A DNA stretch of 64,000 nucleotides from Bdellovibrio sp. (GTDB lineage: Bacteria > Bdellovibrionota > Bdellovibrionia > Bdellovibrionales > Bdellovibrionaceae), in the NCBI GenBank assembly GCA_036676395.1, contig JAKFCY010000002.1, positions 928,001 to 992,000 on the forward strand, read 5' to 3'. Made by a program: the position numbers and the translations under genes. The notes beneath the pieces are model-generated. The model was not told where the DNA came from, searched no databases, and saw only the letters and a program-made list of their open reading frames with translations. Positions 38,328 to 48,373 of the stretch are shown here, in pieces. Within the stretch, counting starts at the first letter, position 1; every line of letters starts with the position of its first letter.

Positions 38328-40825
38328 TTTTGTAATGTTTTGTTTAACGAGTTAATATTTACGGGTTTAGAAATATAATCATCCATGCCGGCAGCTATGC
38401 AGCGCTCTTTGTCGCCTGATTGCGCATTTGCCGTCATAGCAATAATCGGAATCGTTGTTGGAATTTTATCACGCTTGCCACTGCGAATAACTTCAGTCGC
38501 TTCAAAGCCATCCATTTCAGGCATTTGGCAATCCATCAGAACTAAATCATAAGGAAACTGTTCTAAAGCAATTAGAGCTTCGATGCCATTACCTACGGTA
38601 TCAACACGATGACCAATTTTTTCAAGCATGGCGCGTGCTACTTTTTGATTAACGAAATTATCTTCAACAACTAAAATTCGACCGACTTTATGTGAAGTGA
38701 TTTCTTGTTCAAAGTGTTGGATGCTGCTGGCATTTTTATTAAGGGATTTCATTAATGAAATCTCAAACCAAAAAACTGAACCTTTGTGTTCTGTGCTGAT
38801 TACGCCGATTTTACCGTGCATCATGTCGACTAAGCGCTTACAAATCGATAAACCTAAACCTGTACCACCAAATTTGCGGCTCATCGTGCTGTCAGCTTGA
38901 GTGAAGGGTTGAAATAATTTTTTTAAATTGTCGCCAGAAATACCAATGCCAGAATCTTGAACCTCAAAGTGAATACTGATTTGTTTTTCGTCATTTGAAA
39001 GAACCGAAGCACTGACTGCAATTTCACCTGCATGAGTAAATTTAATCGCATTAGAGATCAAATTTACTAAAATCTGGCGAATGCGACCCGGATCGCCAAC
39101 GACATTTTCAACTAAAATTGCGGGAATAACAGTTTTTAATTCTAAACCTTTTTGAGTGGCGGTCAGGCGCAAGGTTTTAGTGATATCCTGAACTAAACTT
39201 GAAACTTCGAAATCAATCTTTTCGAGTTCCATTTTGCCAGATTCGATTTTTGATAAATCAAGAATATCATTAATGATGGCAAGTAGACTATCGGCTGAAG
39301 TGCGAATGATTTCGATGTATTCACGTTGCTGCGGCGAAAGACTCGTGTCTAGCACGATATTCGTCATGCCGATCACGCCGTTGATCGGCGTTCTGATCTC
39401 ATGACTCATATTTGCTAAAAATGAGCTTTTAGTTTCAGAAGCTTGTTTAGCTTGTAGCGCAGATTTTTCAAGTTCACTGTTTAAAGTCTTTAATTGAATT
39501 TCGTTGGCTTTACGTTGGCTGATATCAGAAATAAAAGCCGTAAAAATATATTGGTTGTCGATTTTTAGCGGAGTAATTGACAACTCTACCGGAAACTCTT
39601 CGCCAGATTTTTTTAAACCACTGATTTCAATACTGCGATTTAATACAGGGCCTTCGCCAGTCATAATAAAGTGGCTCAAGCCTTTTTCATGCATTTGACG
39701 ATAACGTTCAGGAATAATTAATTCTGACATGCGTTGACCGATGGCCTGATCTTTAGACCAACCAAAAATTTCTTCAGCACGCGGGTTCCATTCAATGACA
39801 AGACCTTTTTGATCCATACCAACGATGGCATCAAAAGCTGATTCTAAAATGGCGCGTAATTTGCCTTCATTTTTACCCACGGCTTCGGTGCGTTCAATAA
39901 CGCGTTTTTCTAATTCAGCATTGATCACCATTAATTTATTTTCGGCTGCGTTCTGAAGTTCTTCAGTTTGATATAAATCGTTAGCCATCTTCCAGACGAT
40001 CACTAAGAAAAACACAATGCTACCCATAACGCGAATTAGAACACCAAAGTCAGCATCGATAAATGCAGCGCGCTCGGCTCTGATCTGAACCCAGTTCACA
40101 ATCGGAGGCACCAAAACAGCCGAAGCCAGTAAAATACGAGTGCTTCGGCCAGCAACCGTTGGTGAAGTTGCAATTTTCATTAAGGCTATATTTTTGCGCG
40201 CGTATAAAAAACCTGTCGTTAAAATTATAAATAAGACCGATGTGTGCAGAGCCATTTGGGTGTAGTAGGCAGCGCCAAAGGTATAGCTGATTCCCAAAAG
40301 ATAACCCAGCAACGCTTGAAACGAGATCAAGAAAGCTAAAAATATTAAATACTGACTGGCTCTTTGCCAGCGTGGTTTTGCGTTAGCACTAAAAAAAACC
40401 GAAACGGCTAGAATTATAAAATTGATAGCCGTAATCGGAGCAAGTCGACCAGCCGGAAAGCGGGCACCTGGGCGTATCGGATCAGTAAATAACAACTCAT
40501 CTATTTCTAAATTAACATCTAGTAGGTATTCAGCCAGCGTCAGCGCGCCGATTAAAAAAGTAAGACTTGCAAAAAAGCGCGCTGATGTACGAATCCATTT
40601 GCTGTTAAGATATTCTTCACTGTCTTGATAGAAGTGTAGTGCTAAGGCTAAAAAAAATAAGCCGATCGCCGTATTGGCTTTCATTGAAATGTAGCCGGGG
40701 AGTACGGTTTTTAGAGTGTCATTTTCTATAACCCAGCCTGTTAAAACTAACAGGCAGACTAACATGGATAATGAAATGCAAAGTCTTACAAAAGAGACTT
40801 TTTTAAGAGAAAACTTACCATTCAT
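38315..40825 (-). CDS. membrane PAS hybrid histidine kinase
   Basis: Multi-TM sensor, PAS, SHEIRTP, GGTGLGL, receiver DCQMP. Confidence 0.93.
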   Translation of the reverse strand: MNGKFSLKKVSFVRLCISLSMLVCLLVLTGWVIENDTLKTVLPGYISMKANTAIGLFFLALALHFYQDSEEYLNSKWIRTSARFFASLTFLIGALTLAEYLLDVNLEIDELLFTDPIRPGARFPAGRLAPITAINFIILAVSVFFSANAKPRWQRASQYLIFLAFLISFQALLGYLLGISYTFGAAYYTQMALHTSVLFIILTTGFLYARKNIALMKIATSPTVAGRSTRILLASAVLVPPIVNWVQIRAERAAFIDADFGVLIRVMGSIVFFLVIVWKMANDLYQTEELQNAAENKLMVINAELEKRVIERTEAVGKNEGKLRAILESAFDAIVGMDQKGLVIEWNPRAEEIFGWSKDQAIGQRMSELIIPERYRQMHEKGLSHFIMTGEGPVLNRSIEISGLKKSGEEFPVELSITPLKIDNQYIFTAFISDISQRKANEIQLKTLNSELEKSALQAKQASETKSSFLANMSHEIRTPINGVIGMTNIVLDTSLSPQQREYIEIIRTSADSLLAIINDILDLSKIESGKMELEKIDFEVSSLVQDITKTLRLTATQKGLELKTVIPAILVENVVGDPGRIRQILVNLISNAIKFTHAGEIAVSASVLSNDEKQISIHFEVQDSGIGISGDNLKKLFQPFTQADSTMSRKFGGTGLGLSICKRLVDMMHGKIGVISTEHKGSVFWFEISLMKSLNKNASSIQHFEQEITSHKVGRILVVEDNFVNQKVARAMLEKIGHRVDTVGNGIEALIALEQFPYDLVLMDCQMPEMDGFEATEVIRSGKRDKIPTTIPIIAMTANAQSGDKERCIAAGMDDYISKPVNINSLNKTLQKWLS

Positions 40826-40875
40826 ACTAAAAGCAATTTAGATGAGTTTTCTCTCGAGGTATAGCGAAAAAAGTC

Positions 40876-41529
40876 TTATTTAATAACAGCAACCCAAGTC
40901 GCTTCGATACCATATTGGCGCACGAAACGATTAAAGATTTGACCATGATCAGGGTGCATGCGCACACAGCCATGAGAAGCTTTAGTTCCTAATTTTGACC
41001 AGTTGCTTTTAGGAGTGCCGTGGATCGCATAACCTTTATGTAAGAAAACGGCGTAAGGCATGTTGCCTAAACCATTGTAGTCTCCACCTGGATTTGCCTT
41101 TGAAGTGTAAGCATCGTAGATGCGGCCATTGGGGTGGCCTTCCCAAAGGGGAGTTTCATTTTTTGGAGCACCAGTAGAAACTAACCAAGTGTGAGTTAAA
41201 CTGCCTGAAACATAAAGGTAAGCACGTTGTTCGCTTTTTCTAACCTCAATGTAAATCGGGCAGTCGTAACGCTGGCAAGAAATCTCGATAAATGAAGGCA
41301 TTAAGTAAGGTAATTGGCCTGTTTGGCGGATGTACTCTCTATCCATTTCTTGAAGAATTTCTTCAATGTTTTCAGCAGCTGGATCTAATTCTTCGATCAA
41401 GTTTGTTTCTTCGATAGCTGCAGCTTGCGTTGCGAGTTCTTGAGCTTGTGCTTCGCCGAAAACTAAAACAACCGAAAGAAATAACATAACTAAGGCTACG
41501 GTTTTTAAAATTTGTCTTTTCATAATCAT
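40876..41529 (-). CDS. L,D-transpeptidase (YkuD)
   Basis: VSTG, MPYAVF, AIHGT, ASHGCVR; signal peptide. Confidence 0.92.
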   Translation of the reverse strand: MIMKRQILKTVALVMLFLSVVLVFGEAQAQELATQAAAIEETNLIEELDPAAENIEEILQEMDREYIRQTGQLPYLMPSFIEISCQRYDCPIYIEVRKSEQRAYLYVSGSLTHTWLVSTGAPKNETPLWEGHPNGRIYDAYTSKANPGGDYNGLGNMPYAVFLHKGYAIHGTPKSNWSKLGTKASHGCVRMHPDHGQIFNRFVRQYGIEATWVAVIK

Positions 41530-41581
41530 CCCCTAAAAGTGAGCTGTTTAATTAATGTGTATGCAAAAGAAATGCAAACGA

Positions 41582-41896
41582 TTAATAAGGACAATGGCGA
41601 CAGCCGTTGCCACAGCAGTAACCGCGCTTCAGATGATATGATTTTGAAAACACCATTAAGCCATTGGTGTCAAAATAGTAATCCGGCTCAACGGGCTCAT
41701 AAGTTAGTGCAGAAGTTTGTGCGTTTATAAATTCATTCAAACACTTAGCGCATAAACAATCGTTAAAATTTTTCGGAATATTTTGCGCGATCGGTAATTG
41801 TAAACACCAGCAGGGCAAAGTGCCTCCAGCGGTTCCCTCATTTACGGCGCCGCAAGAAAACTCAGAATGACACCGCTCACAGATTTTCTTTGCCAT
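41582..41896 (-). CDS. cysteine-rich CWC + DUF5522 fusion protein
   Basis: CERC..FSCG, CWC, CLC..CL, then DYY...VF...YHLKRGYCCGNGCRHCPY; start MAKK at 41896. Confidence 0.8.
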   Translation of the reverse strand: MAKKICERCHSEFSCGAVNEGTAGGTLPCWCLQLPIAQNIPKNFNDCLCAKCLNEFINAQTSALTYEPVEPDYYFDTNGLMVFSKSYHLKRGYCCGNGCRHCPY

Positions 41897-42308
41897 GCGG
41901 CACACACTGCGAAATCCATTCGCCGGCTTGGTAGTAAGCGTACCCATAGAACCACACAAGTTCTGTTTCTTGCTTTGAAACGCTCACTTTGTGTACAAAA
42001 TCTTCTGGAATAACACCATTTACAGAATAACACCAGCCATGTGCTTTCATATCGGTGTCTGAAATAAGTTCTAACTCAGAAGCAATATCGTAAACACTAA
42101 CGATGCCATCGATATCGCCGACAAAAGGAATCTGATTGTTATTAAAAAAATCAACCGAGATTTCGCCAACGGTTTGTGGAAGTGTGACTTCAACAACTTG
42201 AGAAAATAAAATTTCGCTGTTTTTACCGATCACCTTAAATGTTAAAGCATAGCTATACGAACAGACATTAAGTGAAACTAATACAATCAGTGTGGCTAAC
42301 AATCTCAT
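41877..42308 (-). CDS. secreted DUF4430 (transcobalamin C-terminal-like) protein
   Basis: Signal peptide; GWCYSVNG and LVWFYG motifs. Confidence 0.7.
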   Translation of the reverse strand: MRLLATLIVLVSLNVCSYSYALTFKVIGKNSEILFSQVVEVTLPQTVGEISVDFFNNNQIPFVGDIDGIVSVYDIASELELISDTDMKAHGWCYSVNGVIPEDFVHKVSVSKQETELVWFYGYAYYQAGEWISQCVPHGKENL

Positions 42309-42309
42309 A

Positions 42310-43578
42310 CTATTGTGAGACCTTTAAATACATCTGCACGTTGAACGGAACCATGATGTTACCCATGTGACCGCCCAGAGGGTATAAAAATAAACGCTCA
42401 CCAAAGTTTTCACGTAATAAAGGTATATCAGATGGCTTTAATAAAAAATCATCGGTGTTTGTGAAAACGTAAACACGGGGATCATTTTTTAAATCTTTCA
42501 TTTGTGAATATAAACCTGTGTTGTAGGGGATATCTGATTTTTGTTCTTCAGGAGTTAACGTTGGGATCACAAACGAATGCATGTAGTGGGCAAAGTTATA
42601 AGTCCAAGCTTCTGCTTCAAGCGCATTTAATTTATATTTTGAATAAGGAGTTTTTAATACACGCGGTTTTACAAAGTGAGAAGAAACAATAATATCACGT
42701 AAACTTTGACGGTACTGATCACCGATCACCCATTGGATATGATTAGTTTTAAATTTTAATTTCTCTAACATATCAAAAAGTGCTTTTACAGGGTCTTTCG
42801 CTGCAGAGACATCACCGGCATGCGTGTAGATGGCTCCCATGATATGGTTTTTCCATGCTGTTGAGATGCCAGCACCGACAACGTCATTTAAATAATCCAG
42901 CTGCTGAATGCCGTAGATTACATCGACGCCGGGGTTGATTAATAAAACTTTTTTGAAAAGTTGTTGGGGTTGTTTTTTATCATGGGGCGCTAAAAAGCCT
43001 GCCAGCACACCGCCATTTGAATAGCCAACTAACGTAATTGAACTGTAGCGCATGCCTTTTTGGTTTTTAGCATAATCTAGAATCCATTTCACAAATTGGT
43101 AATATTCAATCGTATCGCGGGGCATGTAACCCGGAACGCCAGTTTCAGAAATGGCTAATGTGTAACTAAAAGATAAATTACTCGGTAGGCAAATCACGTT
43201 GTAGCCAGCTTTGATGTACACATCAGCTAAGGCCGCAGAATTTGTGGAATAGCTATTGCCACCAAGGCCAGCGATAATTAGCACCAGCGGGGCATTTTGT
43301 TTTTGTTTGTAAACTTGCAAATCGATAACAGGTTTTGATAACGGGTATTTGGCCTTTAAACGCTCAGGGCGATAAACCATCTCCCATTCATCAAATTTCG
43401 CTGTTGAGGGTGAAAATGTAGATAAGATTGTCGCGATAAACGGATCTTTGGTCGGAAATGGGTATTGGTCGATCGGAATCTCTAGCGCGCGTACCGCCTG
43501 GCCAAAGCTCAATAATAAAATAAACAACATAGCGAGCGCTAAGCGCATCGCAGAATGATATACACCGTAAACTTTCAT
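42310..43578 (-). CDS. secreted alpha/beta hydrolase
   Basis: IAGLGG, GYSNGG, DDFL, GGHMGN. Confidence 0.8.
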   Translation of the reverse strand: MKVYGVYHSAMRLALAMLFILLLSFGQAVRALEIPIDQYPFPTKDPFIATILSTFSPSTAKFDEWEMVYRPERLKAKYPLSKPVIDLQVYKQKQNAPLVLIIAGLGGNSYSTNSAALADVYIKAGYNVICLPSNLSFSYTLAISETGVPGYMPRDTIEYYQFVKWILDYAKNQKGMRYSSITLVGYSNGGVLAGFLAPHDKKQPQQLFKKVLLINPGVDVIYGIQQLDYLNDVVGAGISTAWKNHIMGAIYTHAGDVSAAKDPVKALFDMLEKLKFKTNHIQWVIGDQYRQSLRDIIVSSHFVKPRVLKTPYSKYKLNALEAEAWTYNFAHYMHSFVIPTLTPEEQKSDIPYNTGLYSQMKDLKNDPRVYVFTNTDDFLLKPSDIPLLRENFGERLFLYPLGGHMGNIMVPFNVQMYLKVSQ

Positions 43579-43728
43579 TTCCCTGATTTCCTTATAGAGT
43601 GAAATATCTAGTGAAACTTCGAGTCAAAGGGAACCGCTAAATCAAAAAAGTAACAAATAGTGCGTCAACCTGCGAAATAGTTTCAAATATGATTTGTATC
43701 TGTGTGAACTAGAGGTAAAAAAGCATCA

Positions 43729-45012
43729 GTGGAAAATGATTTATTCGCAACCCAAGTTGATCCCGAGATGCTGCCTTTGGCAGAACGTATTCGTCCTAAA
43801 AGCTTTGATGAAGTTTTAGGCCAGACTCATTTTCTATCGTCAAAGTCAGCTTTCTACCGCATCCTAAAAAGTGAGCAACTTTTAAACCTGATTTTCTGGG
43901 GTCCACCGGGTACGGGTAAAACCAGTCTTGCGATAAGCTTAGCTAAGAATCTAAAAGCGCACTTTATCCAGATGAATGCGGTTGATGCCGGAGTCAAAGA
44001 CCTAAAAGCTGCCTGCGAATCAGGTCGCACCAGAAAATTACAGTACCAGCAAAAGACATTACTTTTTGTCGACGAGATTCATCGTTTTAATAAATCACAG
44101 CAAGATGTGCTTTTGCCTTACGTAGAAAAAGGCGATGTGTATTTAATCGGTGCGACCACTGAATACCCAAGCTATGAATTAAATAAAGCCTTACTCAGCC
44201 GCTGTCAGGTGGTTGAATTTCGTAAGCTGACAACTGAAGCGTTAGAACAAATCTTAGAAAAAGCGGCCACCGAACTTGGAATAACAACCAAAGATTTATT
44301 CTTAGATGAAACCAAGCAGTTATTAATAAATTCTGCTGATGGCGATGCCAGACGTTTATTAAATATCACCGAGACGGTCATTAAATTTTATAAAGTAAAA
44401 ACGGATGAAGATCCATTTCCGTTATCTGTAGATGATCTAGAAAAATTAATGGGAAGAAAAATTATTCCCTACGATAAAAAATCAGATCAGCACTATGACT
44501 GTATTTCAGCTTTTATTAAATCAATGCGTGGCTCTGATCCAGATGCGGCTTTGTATTACTGCGCGCGCATGCTTGAAGGAGGAGAAGACCCTTCATTTAT
44601 TGTTCGTCGCATGATTATTTTTGCCAGTGAAGATATCGGTAACGCTGATCCACGAGCATTAACTATGGCGACAGCGTGTTTACAAGCCGTTGAGGCGATC
44701 GGTATGCCTGAAGCGCGTATCAACATTGGTCAAGTTGTTACTTATTTAGCGAGTTGTCCAAAATCGAATAAATCTTATTTAGCGATAAATGCAGCCATTG
44801 AATACGTGCAAAAAACCGGAACCCCAGAGCTTCCGGTGCACTTACGCTCAGCTTCAAAAGGTGAAGGTTATAAATACCCTCACAATCACCCAAAAAATTG
44901 GGTGAAGCAAAATTACTGGCCGCCACAGGCAAAGCCTGAAACTTTTTACGAGCCATCAAATTCGGGTTTTGAAAAAAATATTTCTGAATACTTACGTTGG
45001 TTGAAAGAGTAA
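43729..45012 (+). CDS. rarA: replication-associated recombination protein A
   Basis: PLAERIRP, GPPGTGKT, DEIHRFNKSQQD, SAFIKSMRGSDPD. Confidence 0.95.
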   Translation: MENDLFATQVDPEMLPLAERIRPKSFDEVLGQTHFLSSKSAFYRILKSEQLLNLIFWGPPGTGKTSLAISLAKNLKAHFIQMNAVDAGVKDLKAACESGRTRKLQYQQKTLLFVDEIHRFNKSQQDVLLPYVEKGDVYLIGATTEYPSYELNKALLSRCQVVEFRKLTTEALEQILEKAATELGITTKDLFLDETKQLLINSADGDARRLLNITETVIKFYKVKTDEDPFPLSVDDLEKLMGRKIIPYDKKSDQHYDCISAFIKSMRGSDPDAALYYCARMLEGGEDPSFIVRRMIIFASEDIGNADPRALTMATACLQAVEAIGMPEARINIGQVVTYLASCPKSNKSYLAINAAIEYVQKTGTPELPVHLRSASKGEGYKYPHNHPKNWVKQNYWPPQAKPETFYEPSNSGFEKNISEYLRWLKE

Positions 45013-45735
45013 ACCGATACGGTCCCACAATTCAGTGCGCGGGGCTACAAGGTCAATCATCTTGTTTTCGATCGGGTGCGGAAACTTTAAAGTCTTCGCT
45101 TTTAAACAAAGCCCGTTAATTTTTAATTCATCTCTAAAAAAACGATTGTGATGTGAATCACCATGCTCACGATCTCCTACGATCGGATGAGCCACGCGAT
45201 TCATATGGCGTCTGATCTGATGCCAACGACCGGTTTTAAGTTCAACATGCAACAAACTGTAACGACTGGTCGGAAATTTTGAATTCACCGAATGCTGCAG
45301 TTCAATTTTTTTAATCGTTGAATACTGAGTCAAACAATCAACCAATGTGCCGGTTGAATCTAATTCAAGTGGCAGGTCGATTTTTCCATGCTCTTCTTTA
45401 AACCAACCACGCACAACCACATCATAAGTTTTTTGAATCAGATGCGCGCGCATCATTTTATTCATCTCTGACGAGGCTTTGTTATGCAGACCAAAGATCA
45501 CTAAACCTTCTGTGGCAAAATCCAGACGATGAATGGGGGAGCCGATAATTTGGTGTTTGTCTTTAAGCCAGTGCAGGCAAGTTTTTCTGCCGACAGTTTT
45601 TCTGGCAATACGATCTTCAGGCGGGTGCACGTAGACATGTGCGGGTTTCATTAAGACCAAAAGATCTTGGTCGTGATAAACGATCGAAGGCTCGATATCA
45701 AATTTGTTATTCAGAGCCTTCGGGAGCGGTTGCAT
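44992..45735 (-). CDS. RluA-family pseudouridine synthase, TruC-like
   Basis: IHRLD, RYSL, TGRWHQIRRH, HPIVGD. Confidence 0.88.
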   Translation of the reverse strand: MQPLPKALNNKFDIEPSIVYHDQDLLVLMKPAHVYVHPPEDRIARKTVGRKTCLHWLKDKHQIIGSPIHRLDFATEGLVIFGLHNKASSEMNKMMRAHLIQKTYDVVVRGWFKEEHGKIDLPLELDSTGTLVDCLTQYSTIKKIELQHSVNSKFPTSRYSLLHVELKTGRWHQIRRHMNRVAHPIVGDREHGDSHHNRFFRDELKINGLCLKAKTLKFPHPIENKMIDLVAPRTELWDRIGLLFQPT

Positions 45736-45746
45736 GGGTTATGTAA

Positions 45747-46151
45747 TTATAAACCTAAGTATTTATTAAATGCGGCGTTGTCAGTACTTTGTACGCCTTT
45801 ATTTAAAGTCGCTGTGTCGATAAAAGAATCATCGTTGTAGCGGCAAAGTTCAATTTGAATTGTCGTATTAAGAACAGTCGCTGTCGTTAATGTGCCATGA
45901 CAGTCAGTGTGCTCTTCAGCGTATTCTAAAAATGCAATGGGTTCAGCCGTTTGTGTGTTGAAAAACATAACGTCTAAGGCGCCAACATAAGAATTATCAA
46001 ATTTGCATAAGCCCCATTGGTCATCTTGAAGTTCAACAACTGTAAATTCGCCACCGGCTAAATTGCAGTTTCTGATTAAAGGATTTGAAGCTGACCAAGA
46101 CGTCGAAGCTAAAAGACACAAAACGATAACCGTCGCGTAAGCGAATTTCAT
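45747..46151 (-). CDS. secreted Cys-containing hypothetical protein
   Basis: GGAG RBS, signal peptide MKFAYATV, NP...C...GG pattern. Confidence 0.7.
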   Translation of the reverse strand: MKFAYATVIVLCLLASTSWSASNPLIRNCNLAGGEFTVVELQDDQWGLCKFDNSYVGALDVMFFNTQTAEPIAFLEYAEEHTDCHGTLTTATVLNTTIQIELCRYNDDSFIDTATLNKGVQSTDNAAFNKYLGL

Positions 46152-46277
46152 AAGTACTCCTTCAGAGCGTGATTTATCCGTTAGCGATATCGGATAAATG
46201 CAGTGAAGCCAATTAATGCACCAGATATTCACTTTTTTACAAGACTTTTGCGCCGTTTCATCTAAAAATGAAGCACT

Positions 46278-47552
46278 ATGAACACACTGATGAATAAAAA
46301 AGTCTTATCTTGGGCGTTATATGATTGGGCTAACAGCGTTTTTTACACCACGGTGATAGCAGGGTTTTTTCCGATATTTTTTAAAAAATACTGGAACACC
46401 GAAGTTACGGTCAGTCAAAGCACCGAACGCTTAGGAATGATTTTAGCGATTGCAGGTTTTTGTTTGGCTGTGCTTTCGCCATGGTTAGGGGTGCTTTCTG
46501 ACTATCGCAAATCTAAGAAAAAGTTTTTAGCGATCTTTATGCTTATGGGCTCTTTGGCTACGGCCGGATTATTTTTTGTTCCCCAAGGTGATTGGTTATC
46601 GGCAGCCGTGTTGTATGGTTTTGCTTTTTTCTGTGCCTCAGGAAGTATCGTATTTAATGATTCACTTATCGTGGGAGTGACCACGCCTGATAAATATGAC
46701 CAAGTGTCATCTTTTGGATTTTCGCTGGGCTATTTAGGCGGTGGAATATTATTTCTTGTGAATGTTTTGATGTATCAAAGACCTGAGTTTTTTGGTTTAG
46801 CCAGCGGAGCAGATGGGGTGCGCTGGTCATTTTTATCTGTAGCCATTTGGTGGATGTTATTTTCAATTCCGAATATTTTATTCGTACCAGAACCAGAAGC
46901 TATGCCAACCAAAGAAACTTCGGTTCAATTGTTTTTTAAATCTTTACATGAATTAAAAAGAACTTTCTTGGAGCTTTTTAATCAAAAGAATTTATTTATT
47001 TTCATCGTCGCTTATTGGTTTTATATCGACGGCGTTTCTACGGTAATTTCAATGGCTGTGGATTTCGGAATTTCGATTGGTTTTGAAGCCGGCGACTTGA
47101 TCAAAGCTTTATTGTTAGTGCAATTTGTAGGGTTTCCTGCGGCATACCTATCGGGTTGGCTTGCTGGAAAATTCGGCAGTAAACCTGTCATTATTGGTTG
47201 TTTGCTGGTCTATGTATTGGTGGTCATCGGCGCATCGGTCATGACTAAGCCAGAGCACTTTTATTTAATGGCCGTTTTTATTGGGCTTGCGCAAGGGGGC
47301 GTACAAGCGCTTTCACGATCGCTATTTGCTTACTTAATTCCAGCTGAAAAAGCCGGTGAGTATTTTGGATTTTTTAATTTATTAGGAAGATTTGCTTCGA
47401 TTATTGGACCATTATTAATGGCCATAACGGCAAGACTTTTTGGTCATCCGCAGAAGACGATTTTAAGCTTATTGATTTTGTTTGTTTGCGGGATCTATTT
47501 TTTAAGTAAAGTAGAAGTGTGCCCAGCTGAGGCGAAAAGCGCTACTACTTAG
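46278..47552 (+). CDS. MFS transporter (UMF1/Atg22-like)
   Basis: SWALYDWANS, QALSRS, GEYFGF; 12 TM. Confidence 0.9.
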   Translation: MNTLMNKKVLSWALYDWANSVFYTTVIAGFFPIFFKKYWNTEVTVSQSTERLGMILAIAGFCLAVLSPWLGVLSDYRKSKKKFLAIFMLMGSLATAGLFFVPQGDWLSAAVLYGFAFFCASGSIVFNDSLIVGVTTPDKYDQVSSFGFSLGYLGGGILFLVNVLMYQRPEFFGLASGADGVRWSFLSVAIWWMLFSIPNILFVPEPEAMPTKETSVQLFFKSLHELKRTFLELFNQKNLFIFIVAYWFYIDGVSTVISMAVDFGISIGFEAGDLIKALLLVQFVGFPAAYLSGWLAGKFGSKPVIIGCLLVYVLVVIGASVMTKPEHFYLMAVFIGLAQGGVQALSRSLFAYLIPAEKAGEYFGFFNLLGRFASIIGPLLMAITARLFGHPQKTILSLLILFVCGIYFLSKVEVCPAEAKSATT

Positions 47553-47709
47553 GTAGCTCGGTCTTTTCGCTATCTGTGTGCTGGTGTTTCTGGATCTCTA
47601 AGGCCTTCTTGCCTGTGATACCGACCCACTCCGGAAAGAAGACGGCGATGACGATAAAAATCATCGTAAATAGTGCAAAAAATCCAATAAGAATCCAAAT
47701 AATTTCCAT
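47545..47709 (-). CDS. small single-TM protein
   Basis: Hydrophobic helix followed by FFPEWVGITGK. Confidence 0.55.
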   Translation of the reverse strand: MEIIWILIGFFALFTMIFIVIAVFFPEWVGITGKKALEIQKHQHTDSEKTELPK

Positions 47710-47770
47710 AATATAGCCATTATACATTCAAACTGTGACAGAAGTCTAAGTTTTTGGTATCCGAACACCC

Positions 47771-48373
47771 ATGAGTTATAAGATACAAGATCACTACTTT
47801 AAAAAGGCCAAAGAGCAAAACTTTGTGGCTCGTTCGGTTTTTAAACTAGAAGAGATCGATCAAAAGTTTAAAATTATTTCTGCTGGCCAAAAAATTCTGG
47901 ATTTAGGGGCTTCGCCGGGTTCGTGGTCGCAGTACTGCTCAAAAAAGATCGGGCCAAACGGGCGCCTTCTGGGTGTTGATTTGACTGAGATCGATTTAAA
48001 GCTAAGTAAAACAATGAGTAACGCTAAATTTATTCAGGCAGATTTGCGTGATATCAATTTAGAAGAAATTTTTAAAGAGTACGGCTTTAATGAGCCATTT
48101 GATATTGTGTTATCTGATATGGCCCCAAAAACGACGGGTATTCGCATTACTGATCAGGCCCGTTCGTATGAGCTTTGTGATATTGCTTTAAACGTAGCTC
48201 GTAAATTTTTACGTAAAGACGGCCACTTTGTTTGTAAGTTATTTCACTCGGATGATTTTTCTAAATTACGTGAAGAAATCAAAAAAGATTTTCAAAAGTT
48301 CGAAGCTGTTAAGCCCGATTCGACCCGTAAGATTTCGAAAGAAATTTTTCTGGTCGGTCTTAAGAAAAAATAA
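47771..48373 (+). CDS. rlmE: 23S rRNA Um2552 methyltransferase
   Basis: ARSVFKL, LDLGASPGSWSQ, SDMAP, KP.STRK.SKE. Confidence 0.93.
   Translation: MSYKIQDHYFKKAKEQNFVARSVFKLEEIDQKFKIISAGQKILDLGASPGSWSQYCSKKIGPNGRLLGVDLTEIDLKLSKTMSNAKFIQADLRDINLEEIFKEYGFNEPFDIVLSDMAPKTTGIRITDQARSYELCDIALNVARKFLRKDGHFVCKLFHSDDFSKLREEIKKDFQKFEAVKPDSTRKISKEIFLVGLKKK

Noticed and set aside
41562..41578. sigma54 promoter for the YkuD L,D-transpeptidase
   Set aside because: The -24 dinucleotide is TG rather than GG and the site abuts the upstream stop codon; too weak to call.
43579..43728. Cobalamin riboswitch upstream of the DUF4430 operon
   Set aside because: Only an isolated AGGGAA on the wrong strand; no B12-box or conserved stems.
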